A model generated the notes under the pieces. The model was not told where the DNA came from and ran no database searches. It saw nothing but the letters and a program-made list of their open reading frames with translations. Shown piece by piece: positions 23,722 through 34,010 of a DNA stretch of 64,000 nt (the stretch's first letter is position 1; every line of letters begins with the position of its first letter). Source of the DNA: Pachysolen tannophilus NRRL Y-2460 (Eukaryota). The stretch is from NCBI GenBank assembly GCA_001661245.1, contig KV454017.1:425061-489060 (forward strand). The letters run 5' to 3'. A program made the position numbers and the translations under genes.

Positions 23722-26259
23722 TCATAAGTTTGAATGAACATCATTGAATGAACCATTTGTCAAATTTTCTTTAGTTTCATCTCTGAAAGTTGAATTCTCT
23801 GATTCATTTTCTTCTTTATCACTTGCCATATTTGTGTTTACTTGGTAAATTGGAGAGTTTTCCTCGTCTACTTCATCCTCTTCATCACTTATTTCATCTT
23901 CATCATCGTCGTCATCGTTGTATTCTGTTTTTTCTTCATCTTGTTCTTCCTCCAGATCTTCATCTTCCGCTTCCTGCTCAACTTCAGTACTACCATTTGC
24001 TGTTTCGTTGTCACTGTTTTCTACATCATCCTCAAGATACTCTTCTTTGATACCATCTTTTGGATCATTCCTAGAACTTAACTCGTAAAATAACATAAAA
24101 GTACCTGAACTATTCAAAACTTCTCTCTCGGTGGCAACCCTAACCGTTTCATCACTGACTCTCCACCATATTCCTCTATACTTTCTAAATGCAATGTAAT
24201 GACCATAGTTGTGAGTCCCAAAATGAGATATAGCTGCTTTCAAAGAATAAGTTAACAGACCTACTTGAGTCTCTAACAAATTATCAGAGTCTATGGATTG
24301 TGGTGGTGATGGCTGTTGTTGTTGTTGCTGTTCCTGTTGCTGAAAGTTCGAATTTCTACTTTGGGCTTCCTCTTCTTCTTCATCATCATCCTCTTCTATA
24401 TCATTACCCAAAGCATCTTGTCTTGGTTTTCTGTGTATTAATTCAGAAGTTTCATCATTACTGATTTCATCTAAATTCAAATTTCCAGGAATTCTATCAA
24501 TAATACGTTCAATATCATTATTTCCATTTTGTTGTCTCTTCAATTCATCTTGTTTTCTGAAATCCAACCTAGCATCCATATTAATGTCATCACACTCTGC
24601 AACATAATTAGTCAAATCTAATTTGAGAGGGAAATGTACTTGAGCATTGTTTTTCCTAATCATATATGTTTTTGGATCAAATACTGATCTGTTTATATGC
24701 AAAACTAATAAAGGAGGTGGTCTGCTGTAAAAAATTTGTTTAATTTTTCTAGATTTTTGAATATTATTTTTAGTATGCAATTTCTCATAAACTTCATCAC
24801 TTATTATTGGTTTACTTAATTCTGATTTAATTTCCTTTACTCTTTCTTTCATCATCGCAGTTAATTTTTCATTTTTAGAACCATCAATTTGTTCTTCCAA
24901 TTTTTTAGCAATTTGTAGTAAACCACATCTATTACATTCGACATCATCTATAATTTCCGGTTGTATCCAATCGTCCAATAAATCATATAAAGAATATGAA
25001 AATTTTTGATTAGCTTGTAAATTCAAACTTAATCCGCTAATAACAGAATATCTTATCCCACCAACTTCACCACAAGCTAAACATCCAATTCTTTCTGCTG
25101 ATAATCCATCAACAGGTGTTATTAATTTTAAAGGGTAAACTTTATTTTCTGGAGAAGGATAATTTGGATCTATTTGATTTGCAGGTACATAAACTTCTCC
25201 GATTTCTCCTAATCTCTCACTTCCATAAATCATATCATCACTCTTTTCGACAAATAATGATGAAGGTGGAGGTGACAGAGATTTCTTCGCCCCCAAACCA
25301 TTTTGTTTAATTCCAGGTAATGTTTTTTTAAACTCTTTTTCAATTTCTTCCAATACTAATTGATAAAATTCTTGGGCATCTTCTTGGTCATATCCCATCA
25401 TTAAATTTTTATTCGCTCCACTTGGCATAGCTTTCATTAGTTGATTTGTCTTGTAGTAACCAGATCTATTAAAATGTGATCCATTAATTTTAGTTAAAAG
25501 TCTCATCAATGTTTTCGAAAACTTCAAGTCATCGTTTTTATCAATTTTGTCATCAATTGTAGAAAGTGATGTATATGATGATTTTTCACCCCCAGTACCA
25601 GGGATAATATTATTAGTATATGATGCTAAAAATTCCATAAATTCGTTAGAAGATGCCAAACTTTGTAAAACAGAATTCATAAAACAAGTATTTCCATCAT
25701 TTACCAAACCACCTATAGCTCCTGATTTTACAGCAACGTTATACGATTTTTTATATTCAGGATCACGGAAATTTTGTGAATTACTACTAAATCCATGACC
25801 ATTCAATTTACTTCCCGTATAACTTAAGCCATCCATAATTGCGCTTGAAATATTTGATAACTTATTTCTGATCCTATGTCTTCTCGAAAGTGGTTTTATC
25901 AGTGATGTGGATGAAGAAGACAAGGATGACCGAGAATCAGTATCTTCTGAATCCGATAATTTTAACAAGCTATTAGACAATGCGACTAGTGTAGTTGTCG
26001 ATAAAAATAATAAAACAAATTTCCAATAGCTCGATGGGATTTTATGCCAAGATAATTGTTCCAACTTAATTGTGACTCTATCTAATAATGACAAAGAATC
26101 CGAATCAATTTTTTGATTCAAATTATAAATTTGATTATAATAATAATCGTAATTCAAATATGGTTCTTGTTGATTGAAACCAAGAGCGATATGAACAAAT
26201 AGCAAGAGAATGGATACGAGTATAAACCTGGTGGTATTCTTGATATTGAAAAATGACAT
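23722..26259 (-). CDS. UBP1: Ubiquitin-specific protease with N-terminal membrane anchor
   Basis: Cys box GLVNDGNTCFMNSVLQ, QEDAQEF, His box HFGTHNYGHYIAFR, acidic tail. Confidence 0.92.
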   Translation of the reverse strand: MSFFNIKNTTRFILVSILLLFVHIALGFNQQEPYLNYDYYYNQIYNLNQKIDSDSLSLLDRVTIKLEQLSWHKIPSSYWKFVLLFLSTTTLVALSNSLLKLSDSEDTDSRSSLSSSSTSLIKPLSRRHRIRNKLSNISSAIMDGLSYTGSKLNGHGFSSNSQNFRDPEYKKSYNVAVKSGAIGGLVNDGNTCFMNSVLQSLASSNEFMEFLASYTNNIIPGTGGEKSSYTSLSTIDDKIDKNDDLKFSKTLMRLLTKINGSHFNRSGYYKTNQLMKAMPSGANKNLMMGYDQEDAQEFYQLVLEEIEKEFKKTLPGIKQNGLGAKKSLSPPPSSLFVEKSDDMIYGSERLGEIGEVYVPANQIDPNYPSPENKVYPLKLITPVDGLSAERIGCLACGEVGGIRYSVISGLSLNLQANQKFSYSLYDLLDDWIQPEIIDDVECNRCGLLQIAKKLEEQIDGSKNEKLTAMMKERVKEIKSELSKPIISDEVYEKLHTKNNIQKSRKIKQIFYSRPPPLLVLHINRSVFDPKTYMIRKNNAQVHFPLKLDLTNYVAECDDINMDARLDFRKQDELKRQQNGNNDIERIIDRIPGNLNLDEISNDETSELIHRKPRQDALGNDIEEDDDEEEEEAQSRNSNFQQQEQQQQQQPSPPQSIDSDNLLETQVGLLTYSLKAAISHFGTHNYGHYIAFRKYRGIWWRVSDETVRVATEREVLNSSGTFMLFYELSSRNDPKDGIKEEYLEDDVENSDNETANGSTEVEQEAEDEDLEEEQDEEKTEYNDDDDDEDEISDEEDEVDEENSPIYQVNTNMASDKEENESENSTFRDETKENLTNGSFNDVHSNL

Positions 26260-27439
26260 AAAGTGATGTCAAAACAAACTGGTATTACTTTATACCTGTT
26301 ATTACTTTACTAATTTTCTTTCTTTTTTCTTTTTACTTTAGTTCTTTTTTTTTATTATGTTGGATTATAATAAGTTCTTTATTTTGTATCGTTTTAGATT
26401 ACAAAACAATTATTCTTATCAAAGCAATAAATTCAAATAAATCACTCTTCTATACCTAACAATAATATCCTATCAGATCTTTAGCTGACTTATCAATCCA
26501 TTTTAATTAATTTGAACTAATATAAAGAAGAATAACTTTTCAAAAATTAAGCGCCTTCTAAAAAAAAATAAAAAATTTAAAAAAAAAAAAATTTTTTTTT
26601 TTTTTTTTCATACAAAAAATTATCAAAATCATCATTTAGAAAATAACAATAAATTGGATGATAAAATGTTCATTATGTTTTAAGTAGTAGAAAAGAAAAG
26701 ATTTTGTATTATCAATAAGAGAAAAATAAGAAATAACTAACTAACTAAACTAACTAACTGACTAACTAACGAACTAACTTCAAATTCAAATTCAAACAGA
26801 AAAATCGAATTCATATAAAAAAGAAATATAGAAAAACAATATAAAGCATGATCGGAAAATAAAAATGTAGAAAAAAAAAAAAAAAATAATAGTAATAATA
26901 AAAANNNNNNNNNNNNNNNNNNNNNNNNNNNNNNNNNNNNNNNNNNNNNNNNNNNNNNNNNNNNNNNNNNNNNNNNNNNNNNNNNNNNNNNNNNNNNNNN
27001 NNNNNNNNNNNNNNNNNNNNNNNNNNNNNNNNNNNNNNNNNNNNNNNNNNNNNNNNNNNNNNNNNNNNNNNNNNNNNNNNNNNNNNNNNNNNNNNNNNNN
27101 NNNNNNNNNNNNNNNNNNNNNNNNNNNNNNNNNNNNNNNNNNNNNNNNNNNNNNNNNNNNNNNNNNNNNNNNNNNNNNNNNNNNNNNNNNNNNNNNNNNN
27201 NNNNNNNNNNNNNNNNNNNNNNNNNNNNNNNNNNNNNNNNNNNNNNNNNNNNNNNNNNNNNNNNNNNNNNNNNNNNNNNNNNNNNNNNNNNNNNNNNNNN
27301 NNNNNNNNNNNNNNNNNNNNNNNNNNNNNNNNNNNNNNNNNNNNNNNNNAAAAGATTAAAAAAAAAAATAATAAAAGAAAAAGAAAAAGAAAAGGGAAAA
27401 AAAAAAAGAAATTGGATCACGCTGCTATTTGAGAATGGT

Positions 27440-28597
27440 CTATTTACGGCCCCAGTTAGCCTTTAATGGTCTACCATTGACTAAGAAACCTTGCAAGTTA
27501 ACAATACACATTGCAGCGTGTTCATGATTATCATATTTGATAAAGGCACATCCTTTTTCAGCTTGATATTTAACATCCAAGATGTATCCAAATTGTTGAG
27601 CAATTGCAATAATATCATTTTGATTGGCAAAATGTGGGATATTACCTAAATAAACTGTAGTAATAAACGAAGGAGTTTGTCTTAAAATCATATCAAAATT
27701 TTGAGGAGTTAACATACCCATTGGATTTGGATTATTATTGGTTTGAACATTAACAGGGTTTAAATTTCTATTATTATTTTGCATGTTACCATGATAATTG
27801 TTACGATGCAGGTTTAAAGATTGTTGTTGCTTTCTTGAAGCCCAATTCAATCTAATAGCTCTGCCAGCAATCCATTCACCATTCATGGATTGCAATGCAG
27901 CTTCAGCATCCAGATGTTGTAAAAATGAAACAAAACCATAACCTCTTGATCTACCAGTTTGCATATCCCACATAACATGGGCTTGAATTAAAGAACCAAA
28001 TCTTTGGAAAGTACTTCCTAATAATTCATCATTAACTTCTGGAGATAAATCACCAACAAATAAATTAAAAGTATCATTACTTCTTAATTGTTGAGATTGA
28101 TAAGCCCAATTGATCTTTATTGGAGAATTATTAATAATTCTACCATTTAAAGATTGTAAAGAAATTTCTGCAGCTTGATTATTTTCGTATTCAATAAAAG
28201 CATAATTTAAACCTGGTTGATTTTTATCAAATAAAACTTTAATCGATAAAACTGGACCTCCAACTGAAAAAAGTTCTCTTAACATATCTTCACTTACAGA
28301 TTTATCTAATCCACCAACGTATAAGATCTTGTCCGATAATTCACGACCACCTTCAACCGCATTTGCCGGATTGACATCTGGTTGTTGAGGGTCATTACCC
28401 TGTTGCATTTCATCTATCTGCTGTTGGTCAACAATTTGTTGTTGTTGTTGTTGTGGCTGCTGTTGCTGTTGCTGTTGCAGTTGTTGTTGTTGTTGTTGGT
28501 CAGACTCCACAGGTATCTGTTGTTGTTGTGGAGGTGTTGGCTGCTGCTGCTGCAGTTGTTGTTGTTGTTGTTGTTGTGAATGTTCTTGAGTACTCAT
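27440..28597 (-). CDS. PUB1: Three-RRM poly(U)-binding protein
   Basis: EGGRELSDKILYVGGL, FNLFVGDL and AHVMWDMQTGRSRGYGFVSF motifs; Q-rich N-terminus. Confidence 0.93.
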   Translation of the reverse strand: MSTQEHSQQQQQQQLQQQQPTPPQQQQIPVESDQQQQQQLQQQQQQQPQQQQQQIVDQQQIDEMQQGNDPQQPDVNPANAVEGGRELSDKILYVGGLDKSVSEDMLRELFSVGGPVLSIKVLFDKNQPGLNYAFIEYENNQAAEISLQSLNGRIINNSPIKINWAYQSQQLRSNDTFNLFVGDLSPEVNDELLGSTFQRFGSLIQAHVMWDMQTGRSRGYGFVSFLQHLDAEAALQSMNGEWIAGRAIRLNWASRKQQQSLNLHRNNYHGNMQNNNRNLNPVNVQTNNNPNPMGMLTPQNFDMILRQTPSFITTVYLGNIPHFANQNDIIAIAQQFGYILDVKYQAEKGCAFIKYDNHEHAAMCIVNLQGFLVNGRPLKANWGRK

Positions 28598-29744
28598 GAT
28601 CTAATATATATACTTATCTTAATGATTGACAATTCTTTCTTGTGGGACGCAAAATGTACAAGTTTGTAAAAAAAAAGAAAAAATAAAACACGATTATTAC
28701 TATTAAAGACTAGTAAAACACAAATAATGATAAAACAACCCAATTTCTAATAAAACAAGATGAAATAAAAAAAACTGTATTATGTATAACTCAACAAGAA
28801 CTATGAAAACAAAACTTCAAGTAGGATTTTTTTTTTTTTTTTAAGAAGTANNNNNNNNNNNNNNNNNNNNNNNNNNNNNNNNNNNNNNNNNNNNNNNNNN
28901 NNNNNNNNNNNNNNNNNNNNNNNNNNNNNNNNNNNNNNNNNNNNNNNNNNNNNNNNNNNNNNNNNNNNNNNNNNNNNNNNNNNNNNNNNNNNNNNNNNNN
29001 NNNNNNNNNNNNNNNNNNNNNNNNNNNNNNNNNNNNNNNNNNNNNNNNNNNNNNNNNNNNNNNNNNNNNNNNNNNNNNNNNNNNNNNNNNNNNNNNNNNN
29101 NNNNNNNNNNNNNNNNNNNNNNNNNNNNNNNNNNNNNNNNNNNNNNNNNNNNNNNNNNNNNNNNNNNNNNNNNNNNNNNNNNNNNNNNNNNNNNNNNNNN
29201 NNNNNNNNNNNNNNNNNNNNNNNNNNNNNNNNNNNNNNNNNNNNNNNNNNNNNNNNNNNNAAAAAAAAAAAAAGGTTTTAATTAAATTCTTTTAATCTTT
29301 TTCTTTTTTAGGAGTTATCTTCAATTGAGAAATTGGGTATCTATTTTTTTTAAAATTTTAAAAAATGATTTCCCTCCTTTTTTTTTCTTATTGATTGTAT
29401 ATATTCTTTTATTTTAATTAATTCTTTTAAATGTTTAAATGAAATGGTGAAATCCGTTCAATTTTTTTTTCTTTTCGTTCATCAAAGTAAAAAAAAAAAA
29501 AAAAAAATTTTTTTTTTTCGAAAAAAAAAAACGAAAAAAATAACATCTCAGCCACACTTACCTATACTTTTAACAAGAAATTTCCTAATGCGGAAAGTAA
29601 TACGGACATTGTGGCGTGTGGATCTGAATCACGGGCAAAAAAAAATAAAAGAAAAAAAAATAATTTTGGACTTCAATTACACACGCCACGGTATTCCTAA
29701 TCAGGAAATGTATTAGTATGTGTGTGATGACTTTTTGTGTTTCT

Positions 29745-30462
29745 TTACATCTCACCACACTGAGTTATAACAACGTCAATTAAAGGTTTGTCTTCTGAAT
29801 TTGTCTTGACGTGTTCGATCTTCTTGACGATATCTTGTCCTTCTATTACTTTCCCGAAAACAACGTGTTTGTTATCTAGATGGGGGCAATTTTCGAGGCA
29901 TATGAAAAATTGGGATCCATTAGTATTAGGACCTGAATTGGCCATAGATACCATCATTGGTTCATCTAGAGATTGCGCGGGAATTTAGTTAGTAATTTGG
30001 ATCTTGTATATGGATTCTAGTCTAGATTCTAGCGCCAATGATAGCGCCAATGATAGCGCTGATACTTACGTTTGAAATAAAATCCTTCATCATCAAATTG
30101 ACTTTTCCCATAGATTGATAAAGATCCGGTACCATTATTTTTCAAGAAATCACCTCCTTGGATCATAAAGTTCTTGATGACTCTATGGAATTTTGAACCT
30201 TTATAGCCAATAGGATTGAATTTTTCTCTATATTCTCCAGTACAAAATTGCCGAAAGTTTTCACATGTAATTGGTAACTTGTCTTTAAACAATTCAATCT
30301 TTATTCTACCCAATAATTGCGCTTTAAGGTAAATAATATATTATTTAGTATACATAAACATAAATCATATAATTTAATATAAACAGCGCTTAAATTCTTT
30401 TTATACTTACGTCCTAGACTAATATCGAAAAAAACAATTGGATTCTTCTCTTGACTACTCAT
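29745..30462 (-). CDS. Cyclophilin H (PPIH-type) PPIase; exons 30462-30411, 30321-30070, 29965-29745
   Basis: Splices to [29 protein letters not shown]...[10 protein letters not shown]...[23 protein letters not shown]...QCGEM; two GTAAGT donors, AAG and TAG acceptors, both phase 1. Confidence 0.88.
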
Positions 30463-30684
30463 ACTTCTTTCTTTATTGATAGCTCACTTCAGTTTATCGT
30501 TGTCTTTTATCTTTATTAATTTTTTTGTATTTTTCTTTGTTTTTCTTTGTTTTTTTTTATTTTTTTGATCTTTTTTAACATTTTTTAATAATAAAAATTG
30601 TCTCATAATTATATACAATAATAATCTATTAAGATTCAAGTTGATTTATGGGTGTGAGATTTTTTTTATAATTGAAAAGCACTG

Positions 30685-30779
30685 ATGCCACAACCACTAA
30701 AGAGGGTTCATACCTCAATTCCAGATACAGATACTGCAATTGATAGAAGTATTCCTGAGTTTCCTGCTGCTTTACTTTC
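30685..30779 (+). CDS. CAB2: 5' fragment of phosphopantothenate-cysteine ligase (first ~32 codons), separated from its body by an inversion
   Basis: MPQPLKRVHTSIPDTDTAIDRSIPEFPAALLS resembles the Cab2 N-terminus (HTSVTEISHAIDRT...FPVA); below the ORF-track size cutoff. Confidence 0.85.
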
Positions 30780-30860
30780 TTCGTCCTACCTATTATATGT
30801 AACAGGTATGATTCCACTAGAAAGGGCCTACAGTATGGTATTGGCCTCTCATTTATGTAG
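30780..30860 (+). CDS. SAM50: Displaced 3' fragment of Sam50 (last 26 aa, beta-signal strand)
   Basis: Reads FVLPIICNRYDSTRKGLQYGIGLSFM-TAG, matching the Sam50 end FTLPI...D..RKGFQFGLGLAFL. Confidence 0.9.
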   Translation, partial: FVLPIICNRYDSTRKGLQYGIGLSFM

Positions 30861-31091
30861 TTGAAGACTGTTTGAGTTGACGTTTGTTTGTTTGTTGTTT
30901 TTTTTAAAAAAAATTGCTTTCTAAATACATGTAAATAATGCTGTATCAATCAATATATAGAGAACTTAATATTATTATTAGTTAGTTTTTTTATTTTATT
31001 TTATTTTTTTTTTTGGTTTTAGTTTAGGTGTTTCTCCACATTTTATAGATGAACGTAACCTTAAATTTCAAAAAGCTAGATTAATCATAAA

Positions 31092-32017
31092 CTATTTTCT
31101 ACTCTTTATCCATTCCTCATGCAATTTAATAACTTCTGGGATAATGATACCTTCAATATCGACTTCATTTTCCAATTGTTCATCACTTAACTTGTACCAT
31201 TTGACAAGATTATCGGTGACAAATACAACTTCAGTTTTCCTTGTTTGTAATAAGTTACCAATGACTAATTGATGATTATACCTTTGTAAAGCACCTTTCA
31301 GTTTACTTATTAAGATATTTGAATCTGTTTCTAATTTGAAAGAAACAATCATTGAAGTTGGTGCCCATGAATCTTTTAATCTTCTCAAGAATTTTGGAAC
31401 AGGTTCTAAATTAATTTCTAATTTCCCACCATGATCATGACTTTGAATTTTATGTTCTGGAATTTTAGAAGAAGGAAGAAAAAAATCTGAAACAGCAGCT
31501 GCCAAATAAAACAAAGCATTTGATCCTAATATACTCAATTCCTCTGAAATTAATCTTAAAGTATATAAATATTGATTTACCGTTGTAAATGGAACTAATA
31601 ATAATAAATTATTTTTTTAGCATATTGATATTTTCTTAATACAACTAACATTTGTTCTTGATATTTTGGATCAATTCCTACTTGATGATTTTCTTCTTTC
31701 ATATAATCTAAAAAACAATTTGTTGTATGACTATAATGTCTTGAATATGGTAATAATGAAAATTCTCTATGTAAAAAATTACCGCATATCCATTTTCTAA
31801 AAAATATTCAGCTGATGTAGCACCTCTTGTACCAGCACTAAAATTATCAATAAATCTTACAGTATTATTTTCCAATGGTACCGTAGTACCTCCTGAAGTC
31901 ACCAATGCAATTTTCCTATTTTGTAATTGATGTAATCCAATAAATTTTTGACATTGTTGAGCTATTTGTGATAAATAATTTGGAGGTTCATGTTGTTGAA
32001 AATAATCTTCTTCATCT
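31092..32017 (-). CDS. CAB2: Body of phosphopantothenate-cysteine ligase (inverted relative to its start; 1-nt frameshift at 31773-31778)
   Basis: DEEDYF...LVTSGGTTVPLENNTVRFIDNFSAGTRGA, YLAAAVSDF and VSFKLETD motifs; T6 must be T7 to read IFLHREF. Confidence 0.93.
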
Positions 32018-33527
32018 ATTCAATTCGAATCTTGCAACTGGATGTTTATAGACAATACCAAAACCAGTGGCCACACTTGGATCTTTTAAAATATTTTCAT
32101 AAAAATTATCATGATCGCTTAAATCTTTAATATTGAGTAATTTACCAAAATTGACAAAACTATGGATTTTAAAATTGCTATCAATTGAAGTTTTAGGTAC
32201 ATGGTTAAAGAGACTTAAATTACCTCCATAAAAAAAATTTCCACCAATTGGGGAGCCACTAAGTTTTGGACCCAATCCATTTAACAGGAAACCTCGTAAA
32301 TCGTTAGGTCCACCAAGATAAAATCTATCCATTATGTTTAATGTGTTATTTGTAGAGGATAAGTTATGAATATACCCACCTCTCAAGGAGAAATTGAAGA
32401 AATTTAAATTATTTGAAGTCAATTTTTGGGCTAATTGAAATTCAAATTGATTTTTAATAAATTTCAGATTTTTCTCACTATTAGATGATAATGGAATTAA
32501 CCCAGCAAGTTCAGTTGAATTTTTAAATAAAACACCGGAACTAGGCAATAATGGATTATCTCTGCTATCGAATTTCAAAGAATAAATGAAACTTGATTTA
32601 AAACTTTCACCACACTGACTCAATATGTCATCATTAACTGTGAATTGGTTTGTATATGTAGTTGTTGGTCTTGTTAGTTTAATTGTTCTTAGTATATTTT
32701 CCACTGAAAATTCATGATTGAAAAATTCATATTGTGATGATATTCTATTTGTGAAACCAGTAATATGCTGTTCATGTGGTACACACCAATCTATTAGTCT
32801 ATTTGTAGAATACAGAATATTATCTAATCTCCAATTTGGATTATTATTAAAGGGTAAATTGAAATTTAATAAATAAGTTGATCTTGTCTTGGCACCAATT
32901 GAACTCGAAGAAACATTGGTATCAAACGTCAAATTTTCACCAGCTCCAAATATATTTCGATAATTGACAGTTAAGTATGCATCACCTTCTCCATTCCCAA
33001 CATTAGTACCAATTTTCAGTGTAAAATTTTTAACAGGTATTAATTGTAAAGTGGTGAGTAAATCAATTCCATTAGCAGGAGTACTTCTAGACTTAAAATA
33101 AGCAGAATCAATTTTAAAATTTAAGTTACTTATAGTTTGAGTCTTAAGAAAATTCAATTTTACAGCATCAATATTTTCAAGTAAATTTTCTAAAGTTAAC
33201 TTATCATTAACTAATAACGGATATAATTGTCTTTTAAGGAAAGATTCTCTGAAATTCTGAGCTCCAACCACATTTAAAGATTGTATTCTCATAGGCTTTG
33301 ATGCATTTTGCTCTAATATTGAATTCAAATAATTCCTCGTATGAGACTGTACTATTTCCAATTTTTGTTCTTGCAATAACTCCAACTCGGATTTTCTCTC
33401 CTGAGAAGGTCTTATTTCTGATATTCTTTCAATCACCTATTTCAACGAAAAAACTGTTAGAAAACAAAACTCATATACTTTAATGAATAAAACAAATACA
33501 TACACTATCATTCTCATTGAGAGACAT
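32018..33527 (-). CDS. SAM50: Mitochondrial SAM complex core Sam50 (Omp85), lacking its last 26 aa here; exon 1 33527-33504, intron 33503-33437
   Basis: DRFYLGGPNDLRGF..NGLGP and HPVARFELN motifs; GTATGT donor, TTCTAAC branch, TAG acceptor. Confidence 0.93.
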
Positions 33528-34010
33528 GTCCACACTAAGACTTTTATAAAGGAAAAAAACGGTTTAAAGAAATACTAAATGGTCACAAATTTGTAAATTA
33601 GTTGAAAAGCTGAAAAAACACACTAAAAATGTTACAAATTTTCAAGGGCTGCACTTTGACTGAATAATAATAATAATAATAACAAATGAAGATATATATA
33701 TTAGAAGTTTGAAAATAAAAACAAGAACAGCAATAACTGTCAATAATTAGTCCTATCAGTCATATCAATGACCGAAGAAACAAAACATAAAAAGTTGAAT
33801 AAATAAAAAAAAAAAAGAATAAGAAAAAGAAAAATGGGGAAAAAAGAAAGAAAGAAAAAAAAAAAGTATTAGTTTCATTGGAAATGAATAAGTTACTTAA
33901 AAGTACAATCATAAATATATATATATATATAAAAGAAAAAGAAAAAGAAAAAAAAAATAAAAATTCACAAAACTGTCACACTGTCACACTGTAATTCATA
34001 ATTGAGTTCG

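Noticed and set aside
30629..30949. 106-aa minus-strand ORF, or a snoRNA/SRP-like RNA in this region
   Set aside because: The complex sequence is explained by the + strand Cab2 N-terminal and Sam50 C-terminal fragments
31773..31778. Frameshift in CAB2 as programmed frameshift or pseudogenisation
   Set aside because: Single-base shortfall in a T homopolymer with conserved sequence on both sides; most likely a sequencing undercall
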